In this document: positions 27,179 through 40,512 of the stretch, piece after piece
How positions within the stretch are numbered: the first letter of the stretch is position 1
Layout of the letters: each line of letters opens with the position of its first letter
Assembly: GCF_009914755.1 (NCBI RefSeq)
Contig: NC_060944.1
Length of the DNA stretch: 64,000 nt
Origin: the human T2T-CHM13v2.0 reference genome, Homo sapiens
Direction: 5' to 3' (one strand)
Translations under genes and position numbers: made by a program
The notes under the pieces: model-generated
Told to the model about the DNA's origin: nothing
What the model saw: only the letters and a program-made list of their open reading frames with translations
Databases searched by the model: none

Positions 27179-28582
27179 TATCTGTTTTGCTCCCTGCTAC
27201 ATCCTTAGTACCTAAACCAGTGCCTGTACCAGAGCAATAATCAATGGCTTTTAAGGCCATCTATTCTGTAGGGGCCTCTGGGCAAATGTATAAAACTACT
27301 CATAAAATGAACACCATTGTCCAGTTGGGTAAAACGTTTCCCCAAATGCTGATGCTTTAAGACTTAGTGCTAGCGAAGGAAAGATCAGCGATGGGGATGA
27401 GCAGGAACAGAAGCCAACAGGGACAGCTCTTGGGTTTCCAGCAGTTGCCCACCAGGGCTTCCCTGGTGACTGTTGCTTGTAGGGTGCTCCCCAGCAGGAC
27501 TTATTTGGCTTCTCCAGATCTCTGCCCCAGCTCTGGTTCCTCCAAACGTCGTATCTCCGTTTGGGCCCAGTTAGTTCCTGGTCTCTGACTGCTGGTGTCA
27601 CCTTGCAATTGAAACCAGTCTATATCAGGCTTCTCTCCAAGTTCAGCCTCAGCTTTTCCTGGAAGTCCTCAAAGTTCCAAACTCAGGCTCTCAGCTTCAG
27701 GCATTCCTGAACCCACAGACAAACCTGTTTCCATCTCCAGACCCAGCCGGGACAACGGACAATGAGACCTGCCACAGACGGCCACACTTCTTACTGGGTC
27801 TCCTGCCTTTTACACTCTTTCTGTCCCTCCCTTACCTTCAGACCCATCACTTTTGCTGCTGCACGTGTGTCTCCCACTCACAATCTCCTGTTTTCTGGTC
27901 AGTTGCAATAAGGAGCCTGCTGTGCACCAGGAAACCATAGCACTGCATCTGTAACAACCGCGGGTCGAGCAACAGTCACTGGGCTCCAAGGAACAGACTT
28001 GCGGGCTCTTCTAGAGTGAAATACAACAGCTCAATGATATTAAGGCACCTATTTTGGTAACCCAGATAACTTCTTTGCTGGTAACTTCTTTCAGCCTTGT
28101 TCAGGATACCAAAGTTTTCCAAGCACTTACTCTGGGATAAATGGCAGCTCCATTATTTCTTCTGATATTTAAACAAGCACTTGACACACCTTTTCTACTT
28201 TCATTTGAAATAGACAGCCAATGTTAGTCTATTATTAGTTTGCACATAGAAAAAGTCCTAATATTGTATTAAGAGCAAAAATGTATAAAAGAGGGCTGGC
28301 ATTTCTGATCTTTAATTTTTTATTAAAATTTTACCTCTCCTAAATAAGCTAATGTCCATTTTGTTTCTCCAATTATCACTTTGTAACAGTATCCTCTGTA
28401 TCCCCAGTGTCTGGCATCCTGTATGAGTTAAATAAATGCATTTAATTAATTAACTAATTAATTAATCAGCTTGCATTTCAGTAAGGCAACATTTTGTTTT
28501 ATTTTGTTTTGCTTTGCTTTGTCAGAACAAGTGGAAAAACTCCACAAGCAAAATATACCTAAGAGATAAAATTAAATTTAAA

Positions 28583-28887
28583 GGCTGGGCACAGTGGCTC
28601 ATGTCTTTAATCTTAACACCTTGGGAGGCTGAGGCAAGAGGATCACTTGAGGCCAGGAGTTTGAGACCAGCCTGGACAACAGAGAGAGACCTCATCTCTA
28701 CAAAAAGAATTTTTTAATTAGCCAGACTTAGTGGCACACACCTGCAGTCTTAACTATTCAGGAGGCTGAGGCAGGAGGATCACTTGAGCACAGGAGGTCA
28801 AGGCTGCAGTGAGCTATGGTCACGCTCCAGCCTGGGTGACAGAGTGAGACCTTGACTCAAAAAAATAAATAAAAATAATAATAATAA
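28583..28887 (+). mobile_element. AluJ, full length
   Basis: ggctgggcacagtggctc..gaggtcaaggctgcagtgagc..; likely TSD aaaattaaattt at 28568 and 29009. Confidence 0.93.
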
Positions 28888-28989
28888 TTATTATTATTAT
28901 TATTATTTTGAGATGGAGCCTTGCTCTGTCGCCCAGGCTGGAGTGCAGTGGTGGCAACTTTGGCTCACTGCAACCTCTGACTCCCAGGT
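28888..28989 (-). mobile_element. Truncated Alu right-arm end, tail-to-tail with the preceding Alu
   Basis: (tta)n tail, then gagatggagccttgctctgtcgcccaggctggagtgcagtgg. Confidence 0.9.
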
Positions 28990-29412
28990 AAAATTAATTA
29001 ATTTTTTAAAAATTAAATTTCAAACAAACATTGAGCTATGACAATTCAAATGCAGCTTTACGAATGCCTCTCATTCTGATGTCATTGTCTCTTATGTTAA
29101 TTAGCCATTGAGCTAAAAGGGAATCTTTCAAAATTTCACAAAACCCTCCGTGTTTCCCACAGTTCCAAGTCAGGTCTAACACCTAGGTAAACACAAGGAA
29201 TGTTCAAATAGGTATATGCTTAAAATGGAAATAAAAGGCAATTTCCCAAGTGAAAGTCTTCAGTTTCTTAACAAAGGAAAATGGCCCCTTTCATTTGCAC
29301 TGGTTGTGAGACCTTTCTTTAGTCAGAAAACGAGTTTGCACCAGTGTGGCCCATTTAAAAGAATGGCCCACAACATGACATTTTTTATTTAAAAAAAAAA
29401 AAAACACAGGAG

Positions 29413-29547
29413 TGTCTGGGCATGGTGGTCATATCTCTAGTCCTAGTGCTTTGGAAGGTTCAAGTGAAAAGATTGCTTGAGCCCAGGAGTTCGAGGCTTC
29501 CCAGCCTGGACAACAAGAATAAAGCCCTGTCTCAAAACAAACAAACA
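29413..29547 (+). mobile_element. Alu monomer (FLAM-like)
   Basis: Single arm with CAAA tail; TSD-like aaaaacacaggagt / aaaaattcaggagt. Confidence 0.8.
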
Positions 29548-29693
29548 AAAAAAAATTCAGGAGTTACGGGTCTACAAGTGATTTAGGGAAAGAAACTGAC
29601 TCACTTCCTTAGATCCCAGAGAAATACAGCTGTGTCCACCAATTCTAAACTGAAATTGATCTGAAGAAAGTATTAGAAAACAGCTCCATAACC

Positions 29694-29841
29694 AGAAAGA
29701 AAGAAAAAGAAGGAAGGAAGGAGGGAGGGAGGCAGGGAAGGAAGGGAGGAAGGGAGGAACGGAGGAAGGGAAGAAGGGAGGAAGGGAAGGGAAGAGAAGA
29801 GAAGGGAAGGGAAGGGAAGAGAAGGGAAGGGAAGAAGAAAG
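29694..29841. repeat. GA-rich simple repeat
   Basis: (GGAA)/(GGGAA)n purine tract. Confidence 0.95.
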
Positions 29842-30079
29842 CATTTGCCTCCTCTCTTTGGACTTTATCACTGAAGATTCATATTGGAAAAAATAAATTT
29901 AAAAATTCAGTGAATTCTCTAAGATTTAGATATTCTTAGTGTTTATGTTTTTTATATCCAGAGAACAGAGTTGAATTTTGTAAAAACAAAGGCTTTAATT
30001 ATGGAGGCAGCATTGTACTATTCAAAGAAAACATAATAACATAGTGAAAGTTTTGTTATAAAATTCCTGAAGGAAAAAT

Positions 30080-30460
30080 GCCTTACTCTGGATTATTACA
30101 GAATAGATACTGGGACAAGGATCTGGGGACAAGTAGGTTATTAGAGACAATCCCCAGAAACAGGAGGGGGAGGTGATCCTGGGCAGGGAGGACACCCAAT
30201 GAAGATACTTCCATGTGGAGCTAACACTGTGGGTAGCCGGGCTGGGTCCCACCAGGACTACTTGGGGCATCTACTCAGCAACCCCATCCCTTCCTCCTGG
30301 CTACAGAAAAAAGGGGTTAACTCCACTCAGCCTCTATCCCTGGCAGGCAGGCAGACAGGTCCCCAGGCTGAAAGCCACAGGATGCCCTAAGCAGGTAGAG
30401 AGCTGTGCTCTGGGGACTTCCAGTGTGGTCCGTGGGGATACCGGCATTGACAGCATCTGC
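30080..30460 (-). mobile_element. ERVL LTR16-like, diverged
   Basis: cagaatagatactgggacaaggatctgggg..aagtaggttatt..ccccagaaacaggagg..ggcattgacagcatctgctaca. Confidence 0.55.
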
Positions 30461-31359
30461 TACAAAAATAACTCTGTTATTGTTGGTGAATCTGCAATTC
30501 CCTATTGCCAGCCCTGCTTTCCCCCCTGGAATCCTTTGTTTTTATCCTTTGTTTTATTGGCTGCACGAGATTTCTTAGAAACATCAATAGGGCGTTACTG
30601 CTGAACTGACATCCTGACCTGCACCTGCTGGTCTTTAGTAACCACTATTTCCTTCTTCCCTCTCCCCGTGTCACGCCTAGGCCTCCTGCAAGCCAGTGTT
30701 GGAGTGGGGTGGGAGGAGAGCCCAGGCCCTTTGGGAGGCAATGTGCCCTGCCGCAGCCCACACCTGAGCGGACACCCCTGGTGGCCTCTCCCTCCTGGTT
30801 GCAGGCACAGAAAATGATGAAGGCAGCCCTGTTGGATACACTTGAGTTGCTGCAGAGGAGAGATGGTGTGGAGCCCGCCTTCCATAGGATGTAGAGCCCT
30901 TGAGGGAAAGAAGCCATGAGGGAGTGGTAACGACAGTGGAACTTTGCAGGAAATTGTGAGTCTTCCTCAAGGTGAGAGTTTCAGGGAAATCTAGATCCTT
31001 TCCCTGTGGCTGTCCAGGCCACCACAAGCCCTTCAGAAGTTAAGCATTAATAACAGTCCAAGTCCACGGACCTGGCAACTTGGTGATGGCCTAGCGGTTC
31101 CAGCTTTCTGGGCAAGGGAGGGCAGGCACCTTGCTGCCTGCAGTTGGTGTCTGGAATGGCTTCCGGGATAGATTTCCGGAGCAGCCCCTCTCACTTCCAT
31201 GAGGACCTTTTAGGTCCTCTAAGAGCCTTACCTCAGACTCTCATCCCAGGGACCCCACTTTGGGCACCCTAGGTTTAGAAAAGACGACTTAGGATGGGCT
31301 CCCCAGGGCCTCAGCAACCACCTTAGAATTGACGGAGATGAGTTTCCCCTGAGTGGCCA

Positions 31360-33117
31360 TTTATTTATTTTTGTTTGTTTGTTTTTCAACTTTTATTTTA
31401 AGTTCTGGAGTACCTGTGCAGGATATGCAGGCTTGTTACACAGGTAAGCATGTGCCATAATGGTTTGCTGCACAGATCATCTCATCACTTAGGTATTAAG
31501 CTCAGCATCCATTAGCTATTCTTCTTGATGCTCTCCCTCCCCCACCCCCATCCCGACAGGCCCAGTGTGTGTTGATCCCTCCCCCTGATGTGTCTATCAC
31601 ATGTTCTCATCATCCAGCTCCCACTTATGAGTGAGAACATGTGGTGTTTGGTTTTCTGTTCCTGCATTAGTTTGCTGAGGATAATGGCTTCCAATTCTAT
31701 TCATGTGCCTGCAAAGGACATGATAGCATTCCTTTTTATGGCTGCATAGTATTCCATGGTGCGATGTACCACATTTTTTTATCCAGTCTATCATTTATGG
31801 GCATTTAAGTGGATTCCATGTCCTTGCTATTGAATAGTGCTGCAATAAATGTATTTGAGCATGTACCTTTATAATAGAATGATTCACATTCCTTTGGGTA
31901 TATACCCAGTAATGGGATTGCTGGGTCAAATGGTATTTCTGACTCTAGGTCTTTGAGGAATCACTGCACTGTCTTCCACAATGGTTGAACTAATTTACAC
32001 TCCCACTAACAGTGTATAAGTGCTTCCTTTTCTCCACAACCTCACCAGCATCTGTTGTTTTTTGACTTTTTAATAATTGCCATTCTGACTGGTGTGAGAT
32101 GGTACCTCATTGTGATTTTGGTTTACATTTCTCTAATGATCAGTAATGCTGAGCTTTTTTCCATGTTTTTTGTCCACATGTATGTCTTCTTTTGAGAAGT
32201 TTCTGTTTATGTCCTCTGCCCACATTTTTAATGGGGTTGTTTATTTTTTTCTTGTAAATTTGTTTAAGTTCCTTGTAGATTCCGGATATTAGACTTTGTC
32301 AGATGGGTAGATTGCAAAAACTTTCTCCCATTCTGTAGATTGTCTGTTCACTCTGATGGTGGTTTCTTTTGCTGTGCAGAGTTCTTTAGTTTAATTAGAC
32401 CCCATTTGTCAAGTTTTGCTTTTGTTGCAATTACTTTCAGCATTTTCGTCATGAAATCTTTGCCTGTGCCTTTGTCCTGAATAGTATTGCCTAGATTTTC
32501 TCCTAGGGTTTTATAGTTTGGGGGTTTACACTTAAGTCTTTAATCCATGTTGAGTTGATTTTTGTGTAAGGTGTAAGGAAGGGGTCCAGTTTCAATTTCC
32601 TGCATATGGCTAGCCAGTTCTCCCAGCGCCATTTATTAAATAGGGAATCCTTTCCCCACTGCTTGTTTTTGTCAGCTTTGTTGAAGATCAGATGGTTGTA
32701 AGTGTGTGGTCCTATTTCTGAGTTCTCTATTCTGTCCCATTTGTCTATGTGTCTGTTTTGGTACCAGTGCCATGCTGTTTTGGTTACTGGAGGCTTGTAG
32801 TCTATGTATCTGTTTTGGTACCAGTACCATGCTGTTTTGGTTACTGGTTACTGTAGCCTTGTAGTATAGCCTGAAGCCTGGTACTATGATGCCTCTAGCT
32901 TCATTCTTTTTGCTTAGAACTGTCCTGGCTATTCAGGGTCTTTTTTGGTTCTATATGAACTTTAAAATATTTTTTTCTAATTCTGGGAACAATGTCAATG
33001 GTAGCTTAAGGAAACAGCATTGAAGCTATAAATGACTTTGGGTAGTATGGCCATTTTCATGATATTGGTTCTTCCTATGCATGAGCATGGAATGTTTTTC
33101 CATTTGTTTGTGTCCTC
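31360..33117 (-). mobile_element. 5'-truncated LINE-1 (about L1PA10-12), ORF2 disrupted; internal 57-bp tandem duplication at 32743-32864
   Basis: Antisense 3'UTR (ggtttgctgcacagatcat..ggtattaagc..) and ORF2; degenerate TSD gagtggccattt / aagtagctattt. Confidence 0.92.
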
Positions 33118-33587
33118 CAAGTAGCTATTTCTGTGAGCATTTCCTCACCTGGTCCCAGGATCTGTGAGGGGCCCACTAGGTTCTGGCTTCATCTAAACCA
33201 CCAGCTCTTGGCCACCCTCACTGGGAAGAGATACACAACTGGTCAGGGCTCACCAGCGATGGCCTTGCTGTTTTCCTGTGTGGACTCAGCATGTTTGCCA
33301 GACACCACAGAATTAAACCCACCCCGCTGGCAGGAAAGGAAAAAACTCCAGGCTGTGCACCACCACACAGAGTGTCTTGCACACATACAGCCACACTACA
33401 CATTTTAAAATTAATGAATGCATGAGTCAATAGATTAAAGTGATTAAATAGTTGTTAGTAACAAAGAACCTTTAACCAGTCACATCAATTTGCATCTGTC
33501 TCTGAAATGGGACTTTTCTTAAATGTGTATGACATGATAGCCTTGGGAGATTGTTATGTCTAACCACAATAGAAAGAGTTTTCTTCC

Positions 33588-33760
33588 AGCAAGGCACAGT
33601 GGCTCCTACTATGGAATCAGCTACTCAGGAGCTGAGGTAGGAGGCTCAGTTGAGCCCAGGAGTTCAAGGCTGCAGTGAGCTGTGATCACACCACTGCACT
33701 CTAGCGTGGGTGACAGAATGAGGCCCTGTATCTAAAAATAAATAAATATTAAAAAATTAA
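33588..33760 (+). mobile_element. Alu monomer (FRAM/FAM-like)
   Basis: Single arm: gagcccaggagttcaaggctgcagtgagctgtgatcacaccactgcactc, then A-rich tail. Confidence 0.85.
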
Positions 33761-33796
33761 AAAGAATTTTATTTTAGAAAGGGTATAATTAAGTGG

Positions 33797-34100
33797 ATAT
33801 TAGTTAGAACTCTTTAAGATACAAATGACAAATGCTCAGTAAAAATTTAAGGAAAAAGGGAGAGAATGTATTGGCTCTTTCAATGACAAGTCCATGGGGC
33901 AGACCTGGGGATCATCGGATGCCCTCTGTCTTTTCCAATTGATCCTTCAAAAGGACTCTGGCTGGGCCTGCCTGAGTCACTGGTCCACTGCAGCACTGAT
34001 ACGAGTGCCACAGTGGGATCTGTTACCGGACTGGCAGCGTTGGTCATGCACCTTCTGTGCAAGGAGCCGGCAGGGCTCCTGGGTGGCAGCACCGCCTGGA
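33797..34100 (-). mobile_element. Old MaLR LTR (MLT1J/K-like)
   Basis: tattagttagaactcttt..aaatgacaaa..aaggaaaaaggg..tattggctc..aagtcca. Confidence 0.45.
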
Positions 34101-35019
34101 GTTGGGGAGGGAGACAGAACACAGGTGCCCAGCCCTATAATAGCCCGCACCAGGGAGCAGCGTTGAGCCAGGCCCCATGTTTATCTAATGACAAAATCAG
34201 GGGCTCATTCAGCAGGGTCATTGCTTTCAAAGTGTGATGTATTTCCAAAGGAACAAAGATTTAGAGGATTTTAAAGAACAAATGTTCAAAAAGATGTCAG
34301 CAGAATGTCAATACGATGGGCATGGAGTTTACCTAGATGGAGGGAGACTGACAAGGCCCATCTTTTCAGAAGTAGCCCCACCAGCTGCTAAAATGCAGAG
34401 GGTGGCTGTCACTGCCAGGGTTAGTATCACCGCCAGCGTTAGTGAGGTGAAGGAAGCCAGGGACAGTCTCAGTGCCATTGGAAGAAATTGCCCGCAGTGA
34501 ACCCTCTCCCACCTCCGCGCACAGCCTCCTCATCTCAAGGAAAACCACCACTCCCAGACCTCTCTTTACAGCCACCATCGCCTGGAAAACCAGCGGTGGC
34601 CACCACTGAATATCTGACCACGGAGAAGCAAGGCTAGCGCCATGCATCAGAAAATAGTCATTTATTTTACCAACTAGATTTAACCCCCTAAATCTCCCTC
34701 CTGAGAGGCAGGTTGGTTTAGGTCATTGTGAAGAAAACTGAAGAGAGAATAGGAAGTACAGAAAAATGGGAAACACGTTGCTGGGAATTACAGAGCGTTG
34801 ACTCTACTCCAGTGAGTCTGTTTCTAGGTGCAGCTTTTTTTTTGGTGAAAGATCACCCCGTGCCCATGCCAAACTGCAATCGAAGAATGCCATTTTAAAG
34901 GGACAGAAAATTATTAGCCTCACACCACCTAACATGTCTAAGTCTTTCATTCAGAGCAGTGGGCTTTGTGTCGAGAACACAGCGTAGGGGACAACAGTGC
35001 TATGAGTTAAGAGATGCTT

Positions 35020-35370
35020 TCTTAGTGTGGCCTCCCCAGAAGGTGCCCCTGAGACAGAGATTCCTGAGCAATAATTAACTAAGCGAGGACTCCCCGGGGA
35101 AACTGGTGCACTGTGTGGAAGAGAGACAGATCATTTTAGGCCACACCATACAGGGAATAAAGTGGAAGTTCCATCTCAGAGTTGTCAGGCCTTGGGGCCC
35201 AGGAGCTGGCCTGTCTACTGCCACAGCCAGGTGCTGCGTAGGGGCTGTAGATGGGGTGGGGGCCCGGGAACAAAAATGCGCAGACTTCAAGTCCGTGCTA
35301 GCCAGCAGAGCAAGGCTAGTCACCTGAAGGCAGCAGCCTGACAAGAGCAGCCACGCAGGCAGAGGGCTCT
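35020..35370 (-). mobile_element. ERVL LTR16-like, diverged
   Basis: tcttagtgtggcctccccagaaggtgcccctgagacagagattcc. Confidence 0.45.
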
Positions 35371-35371
35371 A

Positions 35372-35488
35372 CAGCAACAGGAGCCAGTAGCTAGCAGGGA
35401 GCCCCAATCCTAGAGGGATGCAGGCACCTCAGCAACAGGGGCTGGCAGCCAGCAGGGAGCCCCCATCCTAGAGGGGTCGCAGGCACCT
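35372..35488. repeat. 58-bp imperfect tandem duplication (2 copies)
   Basis: cagcaacagg...gcagggagcccc.atcctagaggg..gcaggcacct starting at 35372 and 35430. Confidence 0.9.
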
Positions 35489-36251
35489 GCTGAGTACCAG
35501 CACCACTCCCAGAGGCAGCACATGGCTTCGTGTAGACCTTGCTCCTGAGGAAGAGTTTTGTTGGATCAAAAGACCGGAGAACTGTGCCGCTCCCCACTGT
35601 GGTACTGGAGCCCCTGGTCAGTAGAAGAGGGATAAAGACAGCAGCACCCCATGTGTCAGACCCATCCAGCAAACCCCAGTAGGGAAAAGCCTTCTGGCCT
35701 AGGATCCCGGAGCTGAAGCTCGCTCGCAGGACACCTAAGGGACTCACCCTCAAATCCCTCTTGCCACCAACGCAACAGAGAATATGGCAATCCAGCCTTG
35801 TCTGGGAGTCTTTCCTAGGAAAAGCAGCTTGGTAAGGAGGAAAGGGTAGGGGCCCTGGCCTCAGATCTGCACTACACTGAATGGTGTAAACTCTCCAAGC
35901 TGCATTTCACTTGTGAGTAAATAGAGATGATGCCCCTGCCCCTGCAGGAATGTGGCAGCAAACAGAGACACACATGTAAATCATCCAGCCCACAGGAAAG
36001 AGTGTTATGATCTTCAGTCCTGGCCACCACTCTCTCATCCTGAGCGGGACCCCGGATGCCAGGATCGTGGACCAGTGACATAACAGGACTGCACCTGGCA
36101 CCTCTGGGAGGGAGGTCATTCTCCTGGATTCTGGAAGAACCCCCAGACCTCCCAGTGCCCCTCACAGGCCCTCTGGCCACTCCGCGCTCCCCCAAGGGTC
36201 TTCAGCTGGGACTGATTCCAGGGATCCGCCAGGCCTTACAAGTTCCTCTAG

Positions 36252-36626
<375 letters not shown>

Positions 36627-36777
36627 TGATCAGCGTCCTTTTGTTGCACTGATTGTCACAATGGTTGTCACTCAGGTTACAGCTGAAGAATAGCAAAGCT
36701 CTGTATGTAGAAGAGAAAGTGAGAATTTCCTGGACTCCTAGGGCTGGGAGGGACTTGCCCAGGTAACAGTTTCCAGC

Positions 36778-37150
36778 AGTGTTCGTAGTAGCAATTGGCT
36801 GAGCTGTGCTGCAGAAACAAACTCCCCCAACATTGCAGGGGCTTACACGGAGGGTCTTTATTTTCTGCTCACTCAGAGGCTGTCACATATCCAGCAGTTG
36901 TTTGGGGCGACTGTCCCTGGTGCAGGGACCTGGCAATTCAGGGAAAGTGTTTTGGTGTCTCCGCCATCTCCACATGAGGCTTCTCTAGGGCTGCTACAGC
37001 TGGGGAAAGAGAAGGGGAGGGCCAAGCGGGGGTTCCACTGCCTCAGCCTAACTCCCCAACATCCACGTGCCCTCACGTGCTCCAAGGGGGCTGACAGGCA
37101 TTGTCTCCCCCACATCTAGGAAGAAAAGGAGCTTCAGATGTTGCTAAGCA
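36778..37150 (-). mobile_element. Old MaLR LTR (MLT1K/L-like)
   Basis: gctgtgctgcagaaacaaactccccc..ggggcttacac..tttattttctgctcac. Confidence 0.45.
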
Positions 37151-38880
37151 CTTGTAAAGTCTCATCAGGGAGTGGAATACTTGTTTTTCCCAAATAGAAC
37201 TTTACATAGAACTCCAAACTGAGTGCTTCTCTTTTTTAAGAGAGAGGGAAATTTCCCTGGTACCCCCTCTTCCCATCCCATCCTTGAAGGACCCTCCTCA
37301 GCCCTTTGTAGCAATGGAACAGAGGGCACTGTCCAAGGATGTGGTCCAAATCCCACCCATTCGTACACACTTGGAAAAACCCGGCAAAGCTTGGGGTCTC
37401 CTGGCCCTGGCAGGGGCAGGCCAGGAACGAGTCCCATGACTTGCCTGCTCTAGGACTGACCCATAGCACTTTTAAAAGAGAGCAGAGTTGATAAAATCAT
37501 CCCCCGTCATGGACTTCAAATAACATACTATGCAATATGATTACATAATTCTGTTTAAATTTTGATGCAGGGTGAGGAAAGAGAATATTGCAATACAGCC
37601 ACATCTTGGAAAGGCTTTGAAGTCCTCATTAATACCCAAGAAAGTTTAGAACTTCATCTGATATTAGCAAATGTCAGAGGAAAGTGCTTGATAACAAGGG
37701 TCAGGATGTTAAGTAAACAGAAAGGAATTAATCTCCATTCATTAAGAGGATGCTGAAGTGACCTTTAAACTAAATCAAAGCCGTGCCGTTAAAGAAAAGG
37801 AATGCATCATGGAGCCCCACCACCACAGCTTTCCCCTCATCCCCTTGCCAATTCCAGCCTGAGGGACATTCACCCTCTTCATCCCTTCTCTGGCAGAAGA
37901 CAGGGTGCTTGGAAGACAGGGTGCGTGTCCAGAGAAAATCAAGCATCTGTGCAGGCTGGGCCACTCAGTAATAAACGCTCCTCTCTAACCTCTCCCAGGA
38001 GCTCCCTCTTGCTGGAAAAGCCTTAAATACATTGGGTGTTCCATTGGGTGTGCCCTTTTTCAATCGCTTTACACTCCAAACTGGCTTCTGGAAACCTCTG
38101 CCTGCACATAACATCCTGCTGTTTTGGAGAAAAGCAGAGGTAACTACCTTGAATTTCCTTGACTCTCTTCCCTCAATGTAAAGGTCTCTACAGCTTCCCT
38201 TCCACCCCTCCTGTCACTCTCCCAGGGCCCCTCTTCGCACACATCCCCGCCCCTTCCCACACATCTCTGTAGGCGTCAGAGCCACATCTCAGACTCCAGG
38301 GGTCCCAACCCAAACCCATGGCATCTGCTTCTGGAGAAGGAAACTTCATTTCTTACAGCCCCTCTCTCTCAGTCCCACTTGCGGCTGCACTGTGCCCACC
38401 TGACCTTGACCAGAGTCCTGTCCCGCTCCTGCCACTTCCTCTCCTTGACCCAGGACTTCCTGGGCTGTAGCAGCCTCCTATCTGGTCTCCTGGTCCCCAG
38501 CCTCAACTTCTTCCAACCACTGATGCTAGATCCGTTCCTCAAAGCACTGCTCACATGGAACCTCTTCCCTTTTAAGACCTCACACTTCCCTGGATGCTCC
38601 GGAACCTCCCTGCCTCCACAGAGGCAGCTGTGCCCGTCCTTGTCCTACAAATGGCCACCAGCCCCTGCTCCCCACACCGTGAGAACCTGCCATTCTCTGA
38701 CCTGCCACACTGAACATTCCCTCTCAATGCTGCAGGTCTCACAGCACTTTTGCCCACCCCTCCCTGCGGGCACTGTGCCTTGTGTTGTACTTTACAGATG
38801 TTCCTTTCATCCCCCTTTCCCTCCTGGTAGACGGAGATTGTGTCCTCATAATCTTAACTCTCACAGAGGATGAAGTTGCT

Positions 38881-39100
38881 AAACACACACACGCACATAC
38901 ACACAAAAACTCATACACACACATAAACACACACAGACATGAACACACATACATATATACACATAAACACATACACAGACACATGAGCACACATTATATA
39001 CACACATGCACATGCACACATACACAAATACACACACGTGCACATACACATACACACCCACACCCACATACCCTCACACACAACCTCACCACACCACACC
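38881..39100. repeat. CA-rich low-complexity tract
   Basis: Degenerate (CA)n/(CATA)n. Confidence 0.93.
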
Positions 39101-39239
39101 CCGTAGCCCTGCATGTGGAGAAGACCCATGCAATGTGTTTCTGAAGACGAAAGAAACAAAGCTAACTGGAGAATTACGTGGCAGGAAATGATGGATTTCG
39201 CACAGTCTGTGAAACACGCTCTCAAGAGCTCTTCTCCCC

Positions 39240-39502
39240 AGTGGGTACAGACCGGACACATGTTCTACTGAGCTACTCCAAAACATGTAACATACACACA
39301 GGATTTGGAAGACTGTATGAAATATGAAAGTGAACTGTTTCATTTTATTGAGTCCCTGTCGACATGATCATATTTTAGATGTATCAGGTTAAAAATATAT
39401 ATTACTAAAATTAACTTCAGCTCTTTTTTTCCCTGTTTTAAATGTGGTTTAAAAAGTAAAATCACACAAATGGCTCCCACTGCATTTCTGTGGACAGTGC
39501 TG
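39240..39502 (-). mobile_element. MER33-like hAT-Charlie element
   Basis: ggatttggaagact..attactaaaattaacttca..atggctcccactgcatttctgtggacagtgctg. Confidence 0.7.
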
Positions 39503-39690
39503 CTCTCACACCAGGAGCCGACAGGCTGAGGCCCGTGGCGGGAGCCCCTGCCGGAGCCCAGCCCTGCCCGCCCACTTGCCTACCACCTGTGCATGCACGG
39601 TGTGGCAGAGCTGAGGACTACAGGCTGAGGCCCTCTGGCAAGCAAATCAGAAAATACTTACTACCTGGCTTTTTAAAAAACAGCTAGCTG

Positions 39691-39906
39691 AGAATACATG
39701 GACAAAGGAAGGGGAACATCACACACTGGGGACTGTTGTGGGGTCGGGGGAGCGGGGAGGGATAGCATTAGGAGATATACCTAATGCTAAATGACGAGTT
39801 AATGGGTGCAGCACACCAACATGGCACATGCATACATATGTAACAAACCTGCATGTTGTGCACATGTACCCTAAAACTTAAAGTATAATAATAATAAAAT
39901 TTAAAA
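39691..39906 (+). mobile_element. Short L1PA4-class 3' end; 16-bp TSD
   Basis: ggagatatacctaatgctaaatgacgagttaatgggtgcagcacacc..aaagtataataataat; aaaaaacagctagctg (39675-39690) / aaaaaccagctagctg (39907-39922). Confidence 0.94.
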
Positions 39907-39917
39907 AAAAACCAGCT

Positions 39918-40512
39918 AGCTGGGCACAGTGGCTTACTTCCAGTTGGCCTGTAATTCCAACACTTTGGGAGGTCAAGGTGGGTGGATCGCTTGAGGACAG
40001 GAGTTCAAGGCAACATAGGGAGCACCCCCGCCCCCCGTATCTACAAATGTTTACAAATTAGCCAGAGGCCATGCACGGTGGCTCATACCTGTAATCTTAG
40101 CACTTTTCAAGGTGGAGGCAGGCAGATTGCTTGAGCCCAGGAGTTTGAGATCAGCCTGGGCAACATGGCGAAAACTTGTCTCTACAAAAAATACAAAAAA
40201 ATTAGCTGGGTGTGGTGACACCTGTAGTCCCAGCTACTTGGGAGGCTGAGGTGGGAGGATCACTTGAGCCCAGGGAGGCCAAGGCTATAGTGAGCCGTGA
40301 TTGTACCATTGCACTGCAGCCTGGGCAACAGAGGGAGACCCTAACTCAGAAAAAAAAAAAAAGCCAGATGTGGTGGTATGTTCCTGTAGTCCTAGCTACT
40401 CAGAAAGCTGAGGCAGGAGGATCACTTGAGCCTAGGAGTTCAAGGCCACCATGATGGTGTCACTGCACTCCAGCCTGGGTGACAGAGTGAGATTCTGTCT
40501 CTAAAATGAAGA
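39918..40512 (+). mobile_element. AluJ (outer), split by a nested Alu
   Basis: Left arm 39918-40066, right arm 40369-40512; TSD-like aaaaaacagct / aagaaacagct. Confidence 0.88.
40067..40361 (+). mobile_element. AluJ (inner), nested just after the outer Alu's linker; TSD AGCCAGA
   Basis: Full dimer; agccaga at 40060-40066 and 40362-40368. Confidence 0.92.
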
